A DNA stretch of 64,000 nt from Haliotis cracherodii (Eukaryota), in contig NW_027266319.1 of NCBI RefSeq assembly GCF_022045235.1, positions 66,154,001 through 66,218,000 of the forward strand. The letters are read 5' to 3'. Position 1 is the stretch's first letter. Each line of letters opens with the position of its first letter. Under the pieces are notes generated by a model, which was given only the letters and a program-made list of their open reading frames with translations, searched no databases and was not told where the DNA came from. Of this stretch, positions 1-12,267 are shown piece by piece. A program made the translations under genes and the position numbers.

Positions 1-140
1 TCACAGCAGCTAGATACCACATCTCAAGATGACCAAACATATCCTGTTGACAAGATTCTCGAATGCAAAGTTGTCAGTGGCACCAAACACTATCACATCA
101 AATGGTTAGGTTACTCCAAAACCACTTAGGAGCCATCAGT
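1..140 (+). pseudogene. Chromodomain at the C-terminus of a Gypsy integrase (remnant, runs off the window start)
   Basis: Frame 1 reads YPVDKILECKVVSGTKHYHIKWLGYSKTT*EP, the chromodomain pattern Y.V..I....Y.+KW.GY....WEP, with the conserved W mutated TGG>TAG at 127-129. Confidence 0.8.
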
Positions 141-421
141 CAGGACCTAATCCAACACTTCCATAGATCTAGAACCATGTCCGGTAAAAGGCGCAATAAT
201 GGGCGAAAATACTTCAAATAATGCACCAAGGTTTCATCAGCTCCCACCCATCATTGAGAAGTGTCTAACTGTTGCCTCAGATGTTGAATGACCACCCCTT
301 CTTACAGTTACGTCGTTTCTGTGTCTCACAGCTCTAGGTTGTCCAGATGTTGCTGGCCAGAACATCATGCTCAACCAGGTCATCTCATCTAATGGTCCCA
401 TGTTCTCTTTCGTTTCTCTAA

Positions 422-1260
422 GGTTCATCATGGAGTCTGATTATCCTGTGGCTACTCTCGTTTAGCGCCCCCTCTGTCTTCGCTTCAGGTCCTGTTCAAC
501 GTCTTAACTATGGGGTTGTGTTTCGACCATCATCTCAAATCAATTTTGCCACAGATTACTGGATACACACATACTAGGTGAAGCTTCAACATGTACCAGG
601 CATCCCAACCATGAGTGGATGTCTTCACAGTAACAGAACCTGCGCCCTACTTCACCAAATTCAAATGCATCTAAATGTAATTAAAATTAGATAAGTTGCC
701 CAGTTAAATGAAACTAGACAACAAATTATTAAGCTAATTCCAGAATAAAAAATACCTTCATCATCTAGATCTAAACGTGCTTTTCTTAGTATTGTGGGGT
801 CTCTCTAAAACATTGTTTGGTACTGCTACTACCAGTGTTGTAAACCTTCTTGCCAAACATATTAATGCTCTCACAAGACATGATATAAACCTTTCAAACA
901 CCATCCAACAACACTCTGTCCATCTCTCCTCATTCATGAAGCTTGTCGACTCTAGATTTAAGAATGCACTTAAAGGTGTCAAAGCTAATCATGAAGCAAT
1001 TACATTTACAGCTATTGCTATGGAAAAAACAATTTCAAAACAATCCAGTCTACATTTACTGCTCTTACAGGCCTTTTGATTGATCAAATCCAACATGCTT
1101 ACATTATAGAACACCAGTTGGAAGAATTAAAGTTAGGAATCTTAGACTTAGGAATTTTAGAACAAACAATTCATCAACTGTCGCTGTTTTATCTGATAAA
1201 TATCCAAATTTTCAACTATTGCGCAACACCTCTTTATTTTATTTTTCCCATGTTAAATTT
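422..1260 (+). pseudogene. env: env-like class I fusion glycoprotein remnant of an LTR retroelement
   Basis: Hydrophobic leader SWSLIILWLLSFSAPSVFA, then RLNYGVVF..YWIHTY, furin site RSKR at 767-778, fusion-peptide-like AFLSIVGSL/SKTLFGTAT across a frameshift, then a heptad-rich segment. Several stops and frameshifts; no TM domain seen. Confidence 0.7.
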
Positions 1261-1627
1261 ATCTTTGCCCATATATAATCTTTCATATGAATGCTTTTTG
1301 TAAACATTGTTCAGATGTTATTTATGAGTACCCTAAATATATAGACAAAACATTATGAGTAATTATCAATGAGTAATTTAATGTGAATTGATTATAATAT
1401 TTGCATTATATCAAATTTTTACTGCTATGATATAAATAAATATCCAATGAGTTGAGCTTACACTTTACACCTTGTTATTATTTTACATATGGTATTTTTA
1501 ATTATAAATGTGTTATGTAATCTTATGCAATGTTATATTAGGCTGTAACTTGAAAAGGTACTGAGACGTCTCTGAGGTTAATGCATTGTTCTCAAAGTGA
1601 AATCGCATAAAAAGCAATTGTTTATGA

Positions 1628-1793
1628 GTGAGTGAGTGAGTTTCGTTTTACGCCGCTTTTAGCAATATTCCAGCAATATCACGGCGGGGGACACCAGAAA
1701 TGGGCTTCACACATTGTACCCATGTCGGGATTCGAACCCGGGTCTTCGGCGTGACGAGCGAACGCTTTAACCACTAGGCTACCCGACCGCCCC
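1628..1793 (-). mobile_element. tRNA-derived SINE, full length
   Basis: Minus strand has A box TAGCCTAGTGG, B box GGTTCGAATCCC, a conserved core GCCCATTTCTGGTGTCCCCCGCCGTGATATTGCTGG and an (ACTC)n tail. 13-bp TSD CAATTGTTTATGA at 1615-1627 and 1794-1806. Confidence 0.95.
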
Positions 1794-2208
1794 CAATTGT
1801 TTATGAACTCATGCCTATTATATAACAACGAATATCTTAACAGTATTTGTATCACTGCTTAATTATTTGTCTGATTATGTCTTTGTGTTTGATGATGAAG
1901 GAGTTTGTCCGATCATGTCTATATGATGATGAGGATGAAAACATTTAATAAAAGAATTCCTGCTTTGCCTGAGAACCTCTCTCTGTTTGTCTTTGAAGGT
2001 GTGTTGATCCCGTGGCTCATTCTAGCCAAAGTCATTCTAGGTTTTGATCAGTTTTAGTGTAAAAGTTAACTCTGTTTCAATACGTTTGCGAACATTAACT
2101 CCATGTACTGAAAATAGTGTGTTACATATCCCAGCTATATGCGATGTTAGTTATATGCCAAGACTTGCTTATTCTAAGTAGATGTAGTTATGAAAATGTC
2201 ATACATAC

Positions 2209-2233
2209 CTGTCCATCTTTTTTGACATCTCCT
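2209..2233 (-). CDS. Possible micro-exon of the host gene
   Basis: On the minus strand, ttattcag|AGGAG...GGACAG|gtatgt; it continues the frame of the 2623-2955 exon as EEMSKKMD. Confidence 0.3.
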
Positions 2234-2393
2234 CTGAATAATACAAAATATATTGAGGTAACCATGGTTTATGTTTGGTAACAATCAGTATGAATTGTCA
2301 TCTAACTGTCTATATTGTATGCGTCCGTAACAGCTCATAAATGAAACAAATGTTTAGATTATAAAAGATTATTAAATAAGGAAATGACAAAAG

Positions 2394-2560
2394 TGAGTGA
2401 GAGTGAGTATGGTATTACGTTGCTTTTAGCAATATTCCAACAATATCATGGCGGGGGACACCAGAAATGGGCTTCATACAATGTACCCATGTCGGGAATC
2501 GAACCCGGGTCTTCGGCGTGACGAACGAACACTTTAACCTCTAGGCTACCTGACAGCCCC
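2394..2560 (-). mobile_element. tRNA-derived SINE, full length (intronic)
   Basis: Same family as 1628-1793. 12-bp TSD AAATGACAAAAG at 2382-2393 and 2561-2572. Confidence 0.95.
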
Positions 2561-2622
2561 AAATGACAAAAGATGTAGATACAAAAAAATGAATGGTTCT
2601 ACATAAAGCTGCAAAAACTTAC

Positions 2623-2955
2623 CATATTGGCCTTCCGGAATCCTTACTTCCACAGTTATCTCCAGCTTTTGACCTTTAATCGTTTCAAAGACGGACTCTT
2701 CCTGGAGGAGCTGCAGGATGAGCTCACTGAGTCGTCCTTCCTTGGCTGCCTTCTCAACACAATGAAGGAAGTTGGCGTCTGTCACCTTGAGTTCTATCAC
2801 CACGCTACCCCGATATACCCGTTCGAGACTGGCATACAGAGTGTTGAAGAACTCTTGCAGACTCCGCCACACCCCTCGGTTGTGTGCTGCTCTGTTAACG
2901 CTCTCTTCGGCAGCAGGATCATTGATGGTTATGCATGTCTCAACTTTAGAACCAT
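2623..2955 (-). CDS. Internal host exon encoding a TRADD-N-like domain (invertebrate immune/apoptosis-type protein)
   Basis: cttcag| acceptor and |gtaagt donor enclose a stop-free 333-bp phase 1-1 exon. The peptide LERVYRGSVVIELKV...LHCVEKAAKEGRLSELILQLL fits the 'GS+++ ... G.L...L' TRADD-N-like pattern. Domain call made by eye. Confidence 0.6.
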
Positions 2956-3762
2956 CTGAAGTATATCAAACATTCACACTTATATTTGTTACAATAAGAC
3001 GACACGATCAAGCACAAGTCTCAAAAATATATTGAATGATATGGTAGCAGACAGCATACTAGATTCTTATGAAATTAAACCCATTGTGGAGATGCCTTTG
3101 AAAACAACAAATAGACAGCCTAGTGTACTTTATATATTAAAACTGGTCCATTAGAAGCTAAATTAAAACTCTACTTCCACTATGATCGGAAACACATAAA
3201 CAGCTCCACATATAATATCAAAGACACGTTGAGAATCAATAGTGAACATGTGTGTGTTATTAGGTTCATGAACCAACATGGTATCCAACAGCTTTCACAC
3301 CAGCCCTACGATTCATTCTTCGAGGGGATTCTGATCTGACCTGACGTGTTGGCAGAGTTAACCCAAAACAGACAGGGCTAAATTGGTGACTAAAATGCAT
3401 CCATCGCGAAGATTCTTACCTGTTTTACGGTGCACAATTCTAATGTCTACTTTTGTGTCTTCAGGCAATTCATGTGACCTGTCCATATTCAGATCCATGT
3501 AGTTTTGTCGTTCCTTTTGTTCACAGTTAATTGTTCCATTTCTTGAGTTTATTATCATTTCGTTGCCCGAACCCACTTGTGCATATGATATAGCCATGTG
3601 TTTTTAAATAAAATACTGAAATAAAGGAAACAAACATTCATAAAGACGGTGAAAAGAAATCAAAAGAGAAAGCATGTCATAGAACTGAGAGGTCGTGCGA
3701 CCGACAATGTGCCGTCGATAACCTGGTATAAACAATAGCAAACAAGTTGCCTTTAAATAGCA

Positions 3763-4364
3763 AGTATCAAGGGTAAAGAGATGCCAGATGGCATCTCACT
3801 AATTAACTAAACTGCTGCCCCTACTAATGCAGTGGTCAGTGTAGAACCGTAGTCCCCTTTGTCCCCTAGTCACAGCCACAGATGGGCCGACAGCGTTGTC
3901 ACGTGGCGGACAGTCACCACGCCAAGACAATGATTAAAATAACCCGTTATGATGAGGGTTGACCGGTGGTCATGAGTCGGAGGGACATTACCAGGCTATT
4001 AAGAGCCACCTCCAAAAAGGGACTGACCGGGGCCCCCTGAGTTAAGATCGATATGAGACGGGGAATACGGGGTAAAATCAATATGAAGCGGGAAATACTC
4101 AAGTTGGAGATTAATAATAATTATCATATTAATGACAAAGCCACTGACCAGATGCAGGGAGTTTTGAAAGAAAGGATTTTAGCTGACGACCCTGGGTATA
4201 TAAGTGACCAGATAAGAGGTCTTGAAGAAAGAAAGAGTTTAGACCTGACCTACGATTGTAACACTACAGTCGTTGTCTAAATAAACAGTTGTGGACCCTC
4301 AGACGGACTTGTGTTGTTCATGCCCAAGTCATCGCCTAGATCATCCAACTCTAAGTGTGATACT
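3763..4364 (+). mobile_element. Solo LTR-like repeat, copy 1
   Basis: Termini AGTATCA...TGATACT, TATA near 4197, AATAAA at 4280. Nearly collinear with 9188-11226 apart from an extra segment at 3896-4173. Confidence 0.75.
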
Positions 4365-4910
4365 CCTGAGAGAATCCGAACTCCGGTACCTCAAGCTCAA
4401 GCTTTTGAGATCAAGCCAAAGGTTAGTACTGAACTTTGTCTTTGTCTGGGGTCCACAACACAAGTGTTCTTTATCTACGTTGGGGCGACATCAAGACGTC
4501 AGTCATCAATTGTGAATTTCTATCATTGCGGTTGCCCCCAATTCACACCAACGGTGTCGTCGCCTCCACGTGCCAGCGTTCCAACCCCTGTTAACTGTAG
4601 CTCTCGGACCCAGCCTCAATTCTCCTGCTGGACCCACCTCGACGAGACTCCACCAGGATCCTGATTCAATCCCCCTGCTGGACCCACCTCCGCCACACCC
4701 AACTAGGAAACTGATTCAATCAACGGCAGGACCCACCTCAGTGACACGAATGGAACAAGAGCAAGAACAAGAAAATTTTGACATTGATTCAGAACTGTGT
4801 TTTTGTGTGACCCAAACCCTATTTTATTCAAAGGCTGTTTGTACATTTTAGGTAAGCATCATTTCCTTTCTGTGTTAACATATGCATAACAGCATGGCTG
4901 ACCATTCTGA

Positions 4911-4986
4911 TTTTAGGTGTCCCCCGCCGTGATATTGCTGGAATATTGCTAAAAGCGGCGTAAAACCATACTCACTCACTCACTCA
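4911..4986 (+). mobile_element. 5'-truncated SINE
   Basis: Core plus (ACTC)n tail. 13-bp TSD CTGACCATTCTGA at 4898-4910 and 4987-4999. Confidence 0.9.
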
Positions 4987-5179
4987 CTGACCATTCTGAC
5001 AGATTGGGCATACCATACAGTTTGACGCAGCCACAGCAGTATCGCAAACCGAATCCCAAACCATACATTATCAAGCATGGTTGCCATAAGATACAAGATC
5101 TGTTTGCTCAAACGTTCCATATAGAATAGTAACAATATTCTATAAACTATTTTAAAAGATGCATAATAAGTCAGGATAA

Positions 5180-5890
5180 CAACACAAAGTATTGGCCTTG
5201 TTCTTCTACCCAGTTAAATTTTTCACCTGGGATCACTCAACCTTAGCTTGGGGAAGTGGGTACACAGGGTTTTTTTTAATCTTCAAGTGTTCTAGATAGG
5301 GTTCAAGATTAATTTTCTATATGTTCCAAGTTAATTTCGTGAATTTATTTTATTTGGTTTACCTTGAAACGATAAGTGGAACATGTCTGTAAACTTTGAT
5401 TGTAGGTCCTTCATAATGATGGAAGAAATTAGATCACTTTCTTAAAGTGAAATATTTCTAGGAGGCAAATGAATTTATATAAGTACTATCCAATTTTATA
5501 TTTGGCAAATAGTTATTGATTCATTAAAAGCATGTTTTAAAACAATATTGGGATACTTTAAAATATGTTTGTAGAATTGTTTAATCGATTTAATTACATT
5601 AAACAGAAAGGAGGTAAACCAAGCTTTGTCCTGCATGCCCCCGGTGTATTTGTTGAGAAATTCCTAGAACACTTTTGCAAAATTTGTTCGTAATATTTTA
5701 GGAGTAAAAGTATCCATATACTTGAGTGGAACCGAGTCAATTCCCCATACCTCACAGTTATATAGGACAACAGGTTCAACGACTACCTTAAAAATTCTAC
5801 CACAGACATTGTGATCTAAATCATCTCTAAACAGGCTAGAAGAGAGCACATAGTAGGCCCTAGTTTTGTCTTTTATTTTCAAGAGATTCT
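5180..5890 (-). pseudogene. Degraded LINE ORF2 3' part (L2/CR1 group)
   Basis: KVVVEPVVLYNCEVWG matches the post-RT motif P.LLYGCEVWG; many stops. Confidence 0.6.
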
Positions 5891-5981
5891 ACACACTATA
5901 AAAAGCGAAAGCTTCACGCAAGTAAAGAGAGTCATGTGTATATAATGATACCCCACGTCGTACATATCAGGAAAACTTCAG

Positions 5982-5983
<2 letters not shown>

Positions 5984-6064
<81 letters not shown>

Positions 6065-6069
6065 ATATA
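5984..6069. repeat. (TA)n microsatellite
   Basis: Direct reading. Confidence 0.98.
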
Positions 6070-6188
6070 GACACCCATTAACTGACCACCTGTACAGACG
6101 TGCATATAGCAGCACAAATAAGTCTCCAACATACGACACGATACACGATATACAAATGGGAGCAACCCCAATATACAACATAGGTAAA

Positions 6189-7037
6189 TGAGGTTAACCG
6201 TCCATTCGAAAAATCCAGCACAGAAAGGTACGCGTGCATGGTTTATTTGACTTACACACCATCCCCATCAAACCAGACCAAATCCACTAAGTCAACGGGA
6301 AAATACCTGAAACAGTAGGTGACACGGTATAGGTCCCAAAGTGTGAAAGTTAGGACCGAGAGCGTGAAAACCAAATGGAATAGTATGGAGTTAAAAACTC
6401 ATACTATGAAATTCGAGTGCGTGTCGAACTTATGAACTATAAGGGTTATGCTTGAGAATGGGTTATGAGTGAAGTGAGGTGTCAGCTGTCGGAACCAGAT
6501 ACAGGCAACCAACAGACAAACGAGCCATCACGCCATTGTCTTGGGGCCCTGGAGAGACACCAGTAGTTGTAATGAGAAGTATTTAGTGATGGTAGTTTAG
6601 TGTGAGAGAGAGGGGGTGGTGTCAGCTGTGAAAAAACAGGTACAGGACACCCGCAGACAAAAGAGCCATCACGCCATTGTCTGTGGCCCTGGAGAGACAC
6701 CAGGTGTCATGTCGCTCTGCGGCAGGGTTAGTTGTTGCATTCCACCGTCTACCTGTCTCTTGATCACGGACAGGCCCACACGCGTGCTCGATGCGCATTG
6801 GTGAGTGTTTAGAGCGATCATTCACTCTCCTATAACTCCAAGTAGTATAGGGCCAGCTAACCTAAGGAAAATTTGTGTTGTTGAAGACGTCGGATACAGG
6901 TAATGTGCATAGGAGAGTAGTTAACACAAGGGATGTGTTTATTAGTGTAGTGACTTGAGGATGAATGAGTGCATGGAGAGCACTATAAAGAGCGCCTGTG
7001 ACCAACGACCTATAATGGACCTATACCCTGTGTTACA
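6189..7037 (-). mobile_element. Possible solo-LTR-like element with an internal duplication
   Basis: Minus strand begins TGTAACACAGGGTATAGGTCC, with an inverted match at 6319-6336 and AATAAA near 6242-6247. About 90-bp direct repeats at ~6480 and ~6620. No TSD found; left boundary uncertain. Confidence 0.35.
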
Positions 7038-7057
7038 CATTTGATATAGCCAGTTGT

Positions 7058-7181
7058 TTATTTTGGCTTGTCCATTACTTTGAAATATCTACTTTTTGAT
7101 ATAAAATGCAATTCGTCAGCAAGGTGCGGACTATTACATAAAATGCATTTCCTACCCATTATTAAGACTGTATTGTTCCAC
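7058..7181 (-). pseudogene. LINE ORF2 C-terminal Zn-finger remnant next to the gap
   Basis: RKCILCNSPHLADELHFI resembles the R.C..C....DE.HF...C motif. Confidence 0.5.
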
Positions 7182-7325
7182 NNNNNNNNNNNNNNNNNNN
7201 NNNNNNNNNNNNNNNNNNNNNNNNNNNNNNNNNNNNNNNNNNNNNNNNNNNNNNNNNNNNNNNNNNNNNNNNNNNNNNNNNNNNNNNNNNNNNNNNNNNN
7301 NNNNNNNNNNNNNNNNNNNNNNNNN
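7182..7325. other. Assembly gap (144 N)
   Basis: Run of N. Confidence 1.
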
Positions 7326-9187
7326 CAATGGCTGATCCGATCCCGCAAACACAAATGCACACCAGTGATGGCCTGTCGCATATACATCATTGGACGCCAC
7401 ACACATTTCAAACGATTCATATAACACTATGTCTTGGTAAGAATGCATGTATATCTTTTGTATACATGTTTTTAGATTACCATTGATAAATACGGGTCCA
7501 CATCATGTTGCACATGATACCGTTTATATAGGCTTATGTCTATCATATGAAAAAAATCAACAACAAAACGGTCAATTATCACCTTTCCATGTCCATTCCA
7601 TTGTACTATGTATACTTATACATCAGACATCAACTGTATCAGGTACATTCAGCCAGTACCATAGGGTTCCATGTATTATTATTATTTTTGCAAACTCAGG
7701 GTCGTCACGCTCAATTGAGTACGACCCCTCATGCACACGTCCTTATTACCAACGTGGTGAAGATAAAAGTGGTAAGATACTAAATCCGTACGTCACACGT
7801 GTGTCGTACAAGGTCGACCTTGTTTTATTCGTTTTGATTGGATAACCGTGACCTCTGTCATACCGGGACTACTTTTTTCATTCATAAAAAATCGCGAGAC
7901 GTCATTCATTTTGCGATTACAAGGCAGAACTGAAGAAATTCATGAGAACGAGAGATATTTACAAACACTTTATTAAACCAAACAAGATAGTCACACGCAC
8001 CAAATTCGCTGTGCATTCTATGTAAGTTATGCATAGAGCTTCTACAGACATATATAATCGAGCTAGATCTATAAAGCGATTTACAATGTACGACTGCCGA
8101 TCGAGCGCGTCCCTTGAGCGTGACGCACCCGACCACTTTCGCAACTTTCAATTTGATTTAACATAAAAGGATAAGCGTGGTGAAATGAAGTCTGTTTAAA
8201 CTATCTGGACAGATATCGAGACTTACTTGGGATAATCCGGTTATGCCATCCGTGTCCCCTTTGAAGCGTATTTTGTGGCGGTGTTGTTCATGAATGAACG
8301 TGCACGACAGCACGACCAGATCACTAAAAGTGCACAGTTCTGATACAAATCCTTCGAAAACTCCGTGGAAGTGTGCCTGACTTATGATTTTGTGGCCCCA
8401 AACATTCCAAATGTGAACAATAACATTCCCTATCTCTAGCGTAAAACGCTGTGATTGGATCGCGGTTTTCTTTTCTTATTCCGGTGGCGACCTTGCCCTT
8501 CGATCGTTCGAAGCTGTCACTAACATGCAAGCAGATTTGAGTTTGTTGATTTTCACGTCTTAAGTATATAGGGTGGTACAGTCAACATGAATGTCTTTGG
8601 CGAGCAGTCTGATGTCCCTCTTCCAAAATGGTACGGACATGATATAAATTCAGCTGATAGATCAAGGAAACCGAACCATTTTGATTGCACAGACGGGACA
8701 CCGGCAGAGTGACCGACTGTTGGTCCGATATTCAAAGCGCGGCGCTAATGTGACATTTAAAATGTTCTTATCGGTGTCCTGCGTACTAACAACATGGCGC
8801 TTGAATTACCATAAGTTGAAGACTTTCTTCCAAAAGGATCTTGACCGTTGGTGCTGGCCATGGTTTGTTTGCAAACAAAACAGCAGGCGCATGTTGTTAA
8901 TGCGTATGCATAAACATGTCAACAATGCCCATATTTGGTCATATATCAATATTCATGCGCAACCAGATTTTGCAACCGGTTTCAGTTTGATGTGTCAACG
9001 AACGAAAGTTGTTATGTATTTCCACTTAAATATATATTTAACGTGGGTAATAAATATAATACCACACTCATTCTCGTTAGATACCATTTTTACGAAACTC
9101 GTGATCTTTCTATGGTATCTGACCGAGCGAAAGCGGTATCTAACGAGAATAAGTGTAGTATTCTCTCTTTTCGTCACAGCGGGGAGA

Positions 9188-11226
9188 TGTATCAAGGGTA
9201 AAGAGATGCCAGATGACATCTCACTAATTAACTAAATTGCTGCCCCTACTAATGCATTGGTCAGTGGAGAACCGTAGTTCGAAAAATCTGCAATATTTCT
9301 TGGAGTTATCCTTGATCAACACCTCACTTGGCGCAAGCATATAGAATATGTGGAAAACAGATGTCAAAAAGACCTGAACGTATTACGGGCAATTTCAGGC
9401 ACATCTTGGGGCACATCGAGGGACACTCAGCTGGACCTCTACAAAGCTCTTATCAGATCAAAAATTGACTATGGTTGTGAGGCTTTTCACTCAGCATCAA
9501 ATACTGTCATGAGGCGCCTAGACAGAATACAATACAAAGCCCTAATGCTGGCCACAGGCGCAGCGACAGGCACCTCACTAGAAGCACTACAAGTAGAAAC
9601 GGGAGAACTCCCATTGAAACTAAGAAGAGAGCAGGCAATATTATCGTTCTGGGGACGAACATCAAACCCTTTGGTTAAAAAGATATGGCAAGACAAAAAC
9701 GCTCGAGATGAAGCCCTAGCTCGAAAAAATCCCTCACTAAAGCCATCTGGGATATTAGTGCGTGAACTCATTCGAAGTCACAATTGCGATGACATTCAGC
9801 CTCCAGAAAGTCACTACAAAGGTTTACACCCTCCCTGGACTTTACAAACTCCCAAAGTTGACACTGCTTTAACATCAGAAGTCACTAAAAGAGAAAACCC
9901 AACCCTACTACGATCAGTAGCTATCACTAAAATTCAAACTACCTGGGACAGCTGGGCCCATATATACACTGATGGATCCAAGAATCCTATCAACAACAGT
10001 GCTGGTTACGGGATCCATATCCACAGCTCCAAACCCCAAGCACATTCAGTTCGCTTGCCTGATGGTCAGTCAGTATTCACGGCTGAATTGGAGGCAATTC
10101 ATCATGCACTCAAACTCATACCGGAACTCCCGGAAGCAAAGGCAGTCGTCCTATCAGACTCGCTAAGTGCACTTCAGGCCATCAGTGGGAGAAACTCAAA
10201 CTCCAGGCCAAACACGGTCAACAATATTCTATACGAATATACAAAACTATCGGACCAAGGGCAACAAGTGGAGCTGTGTTGGATCCCCTCTCACATAGAT
10301 ATTCATGGAAATGAAAAAGCAGACTCACTGGCGAAGCTAGCTCTAGACAAAGCGGATATACAGCCTACTCCCTTTAGTAAACTAGAGATAAAAAGCAAAA
10401 TCAAAGCCTCCATAGCAAAAAGATGGCAAGCCCAATGGGACGCAAGTAAGATCGGCAGATGGCTATACAAAATTCAACCCAATGTCCAACAAAAGCCAAA
10501 CTCATACTCAAATGAAAGGAAAATTGAAACTGCTATCTCACGCCTAAGCCTTGGTCACAAAAAGCACTATGACAAGGTTTGTTCATCTTGCAATCAGGCT
10601 GAAACCATTGACCACCTGTTACTAGAATGTCAAGACCATGCCCCAGCCCGGGCTAGGTTAAAACAAGAAATGCAGTTAGATCCGCTATCTGTCATAGATC
10701 TCCTAAAGCCAAGAGATGCAATAGCGAAGGCCAAACTAACTCTATTTCTGAGAGATGGACAGCTGCTCGAACGTATATAAACAGAGCAGCCAAGGATAAA
10801 AATGAAATCATATCAATATAAGAAAATAGAAATCATATCAATGCAAAAACAGAAATTATGTGAACACCGAAACCACAATAGATATGTGAACCCTTCTCAC
10901 ACACAGGAGTCCCAAAGAGGGACAGGTCAGCCGAAATTGACTAGGCAGAAGGCGACCTCTTAAACACCTAATGCAACAACAACAGAACCGTAGTCCCCTT
11001 TGTCCCCTAGTCACATACACAGATGGGCCGACAGCGCTGGATTTTAGCTGACGACCCTGGGTATATTAGTGACCAGATAAGAGGTCTGAGGAGAGAGAGT
11101 TTAGACCTGGCCTACGATTGTAACACTACAGTAGTTGTCTAAATAAACAGTTGTGGACCCTCAGACGGACTTGAGTTGTTCATGCCCAAGCCATCGCTTT
11201 GATCATCCAACTCTAAGTGTGATACA
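9188..11226 (+). mobile_element. LTR copy 2 (9188-9278 plus 10984-11226), interrupted by a LINE
   Basis: TGTATCA...TGATACA ends, preceded by the purine tract GCGGGGAGA (PPT-like); collinear with 3763-4364. Confidence 0.8.
9279..10983 (+). mobile_element. 5'-truncated I-group LINE with RNase H, young copy
   Basis: ORF 9350-10780 has RNase H motifs (YTDGS, FTAEL, SDSLS, WIPSH..GNE.AD) and a CCHC finger. (CAA)n tail; 11-bp TSD AGAACCGTAGT at 9268-9278 and 10984-10994. Confidence 0.95.
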
Positions 11227-11384
11227 AGGTATACTGTCCTAAGTAGTGTTTGCAACAGAAGCAACCTTCGTTGCCTTTTCCTCAAGACCAGGGAAAGATT
11301 TGTTCATACTAAGATATTCCATTTCCATTCTACAGCTTCTAACCAGTACCTTGATTGAAGCTAGCATCACTAGGAATGTAAATG

Positions 11385-11514
11385 CACTTCCGGTCTAATT
11401 TCATTATTTATGAGCTGGGAGAGCACGTGACCTAAACCCGAAAGTCTAATTTCTCTCGCTATTACAATGTGACGGTTTAATACAATTCCGTTTCGTTATG
11501 GTATCACTTCCGGT
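11385..11514. promoter_or_regulatory. Promoter-like motif cluster (two ETS sites and an E-box)
   Basis: CACTTCCGGT at 11385 and 11505; CACGTGAC at 11424. Confidence 0.35.
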
Positions 11515-12267
11515 ATGTGAAAATACAGCCCTAATGCTGTAGGCCTTTAAACTCCAGCTATCTTAATTTGATAGTTACATGCACTTCAAGTTCAATTACT
11601 TCACTTCCAACTTGGGACATCATTAGCAATATTACGAAAGTACATCCCCCATGCGTCTATCTAACTTCAGAAGAAATCAATATGTACGTCATGTTAACTG
11701 ATATCGCATGTCGTACCCCATTGGACTACAAGACAGAATGATCAGTACACCTAGATGTGAAACTTGGTCATACTGGGGTGGAACTCGTGTGCCATCAAAC
11801 GTTTGACCTGTGCAAATATAACTTAATCATAATTATGACCATAACAGTTACAAACACATTAACACACAAGCAAGTTACCACACTTAACAAATGCATACAT
11901 ACTATAGATATTATAAAACAAGTAAAATATACACACGAGGCCTATGTGACAGTTGTGGGTTGGAGTGAGTTTTGCCAGCGATATCGATATCGCTATTTGT
12001 GTTATACTGAATCATTTTATTTGCTTGGTATAAGATAAGAGACCAGTGTACATGCGAAAACACTGCTAATTCAGTCTTATGCATAGCATCATGGCGTCAT
12101 GTGGTCACTGTCGACGTCTAACTGGGACTTGCTGAATTTCATGAATAGGTTTTCACAATGTATTTTTTAGATCAGACGATTGACGACATACGTAGACATA
12201 TCTAAAAAATCATAAGCACACCCGATAGTTTCATGTGTAAAGAAAGTGTAATTTATATTTTATAACA

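Noticed and set aside
1628-1793. tRNA gene
   Set aside because: The tRNA-like head is joined to a core, an (ACTC)n tail and TSDs, and recurs several times: it is a SINE.
4311-4851. Pro/Ser/Thr-rich ORFs as gag downstream of the LTR
   Set aside because: No PBS or capsid/zinc-knuckle motif; openness is partly explained by a ~50-bp imperfect repeat at 4625-4740.
8681-9235. 184-aa ORF as a gene
   Set aside because: Non-ATG start, no recognisable motif, and it runs into the LTR.
3763-11226. A single full-length LTR element bounded by the two LTR copies
   Set aside because: No shared TSD, no PBS after copy 1, no gag/pol between them, and an assembly gap intervenes.
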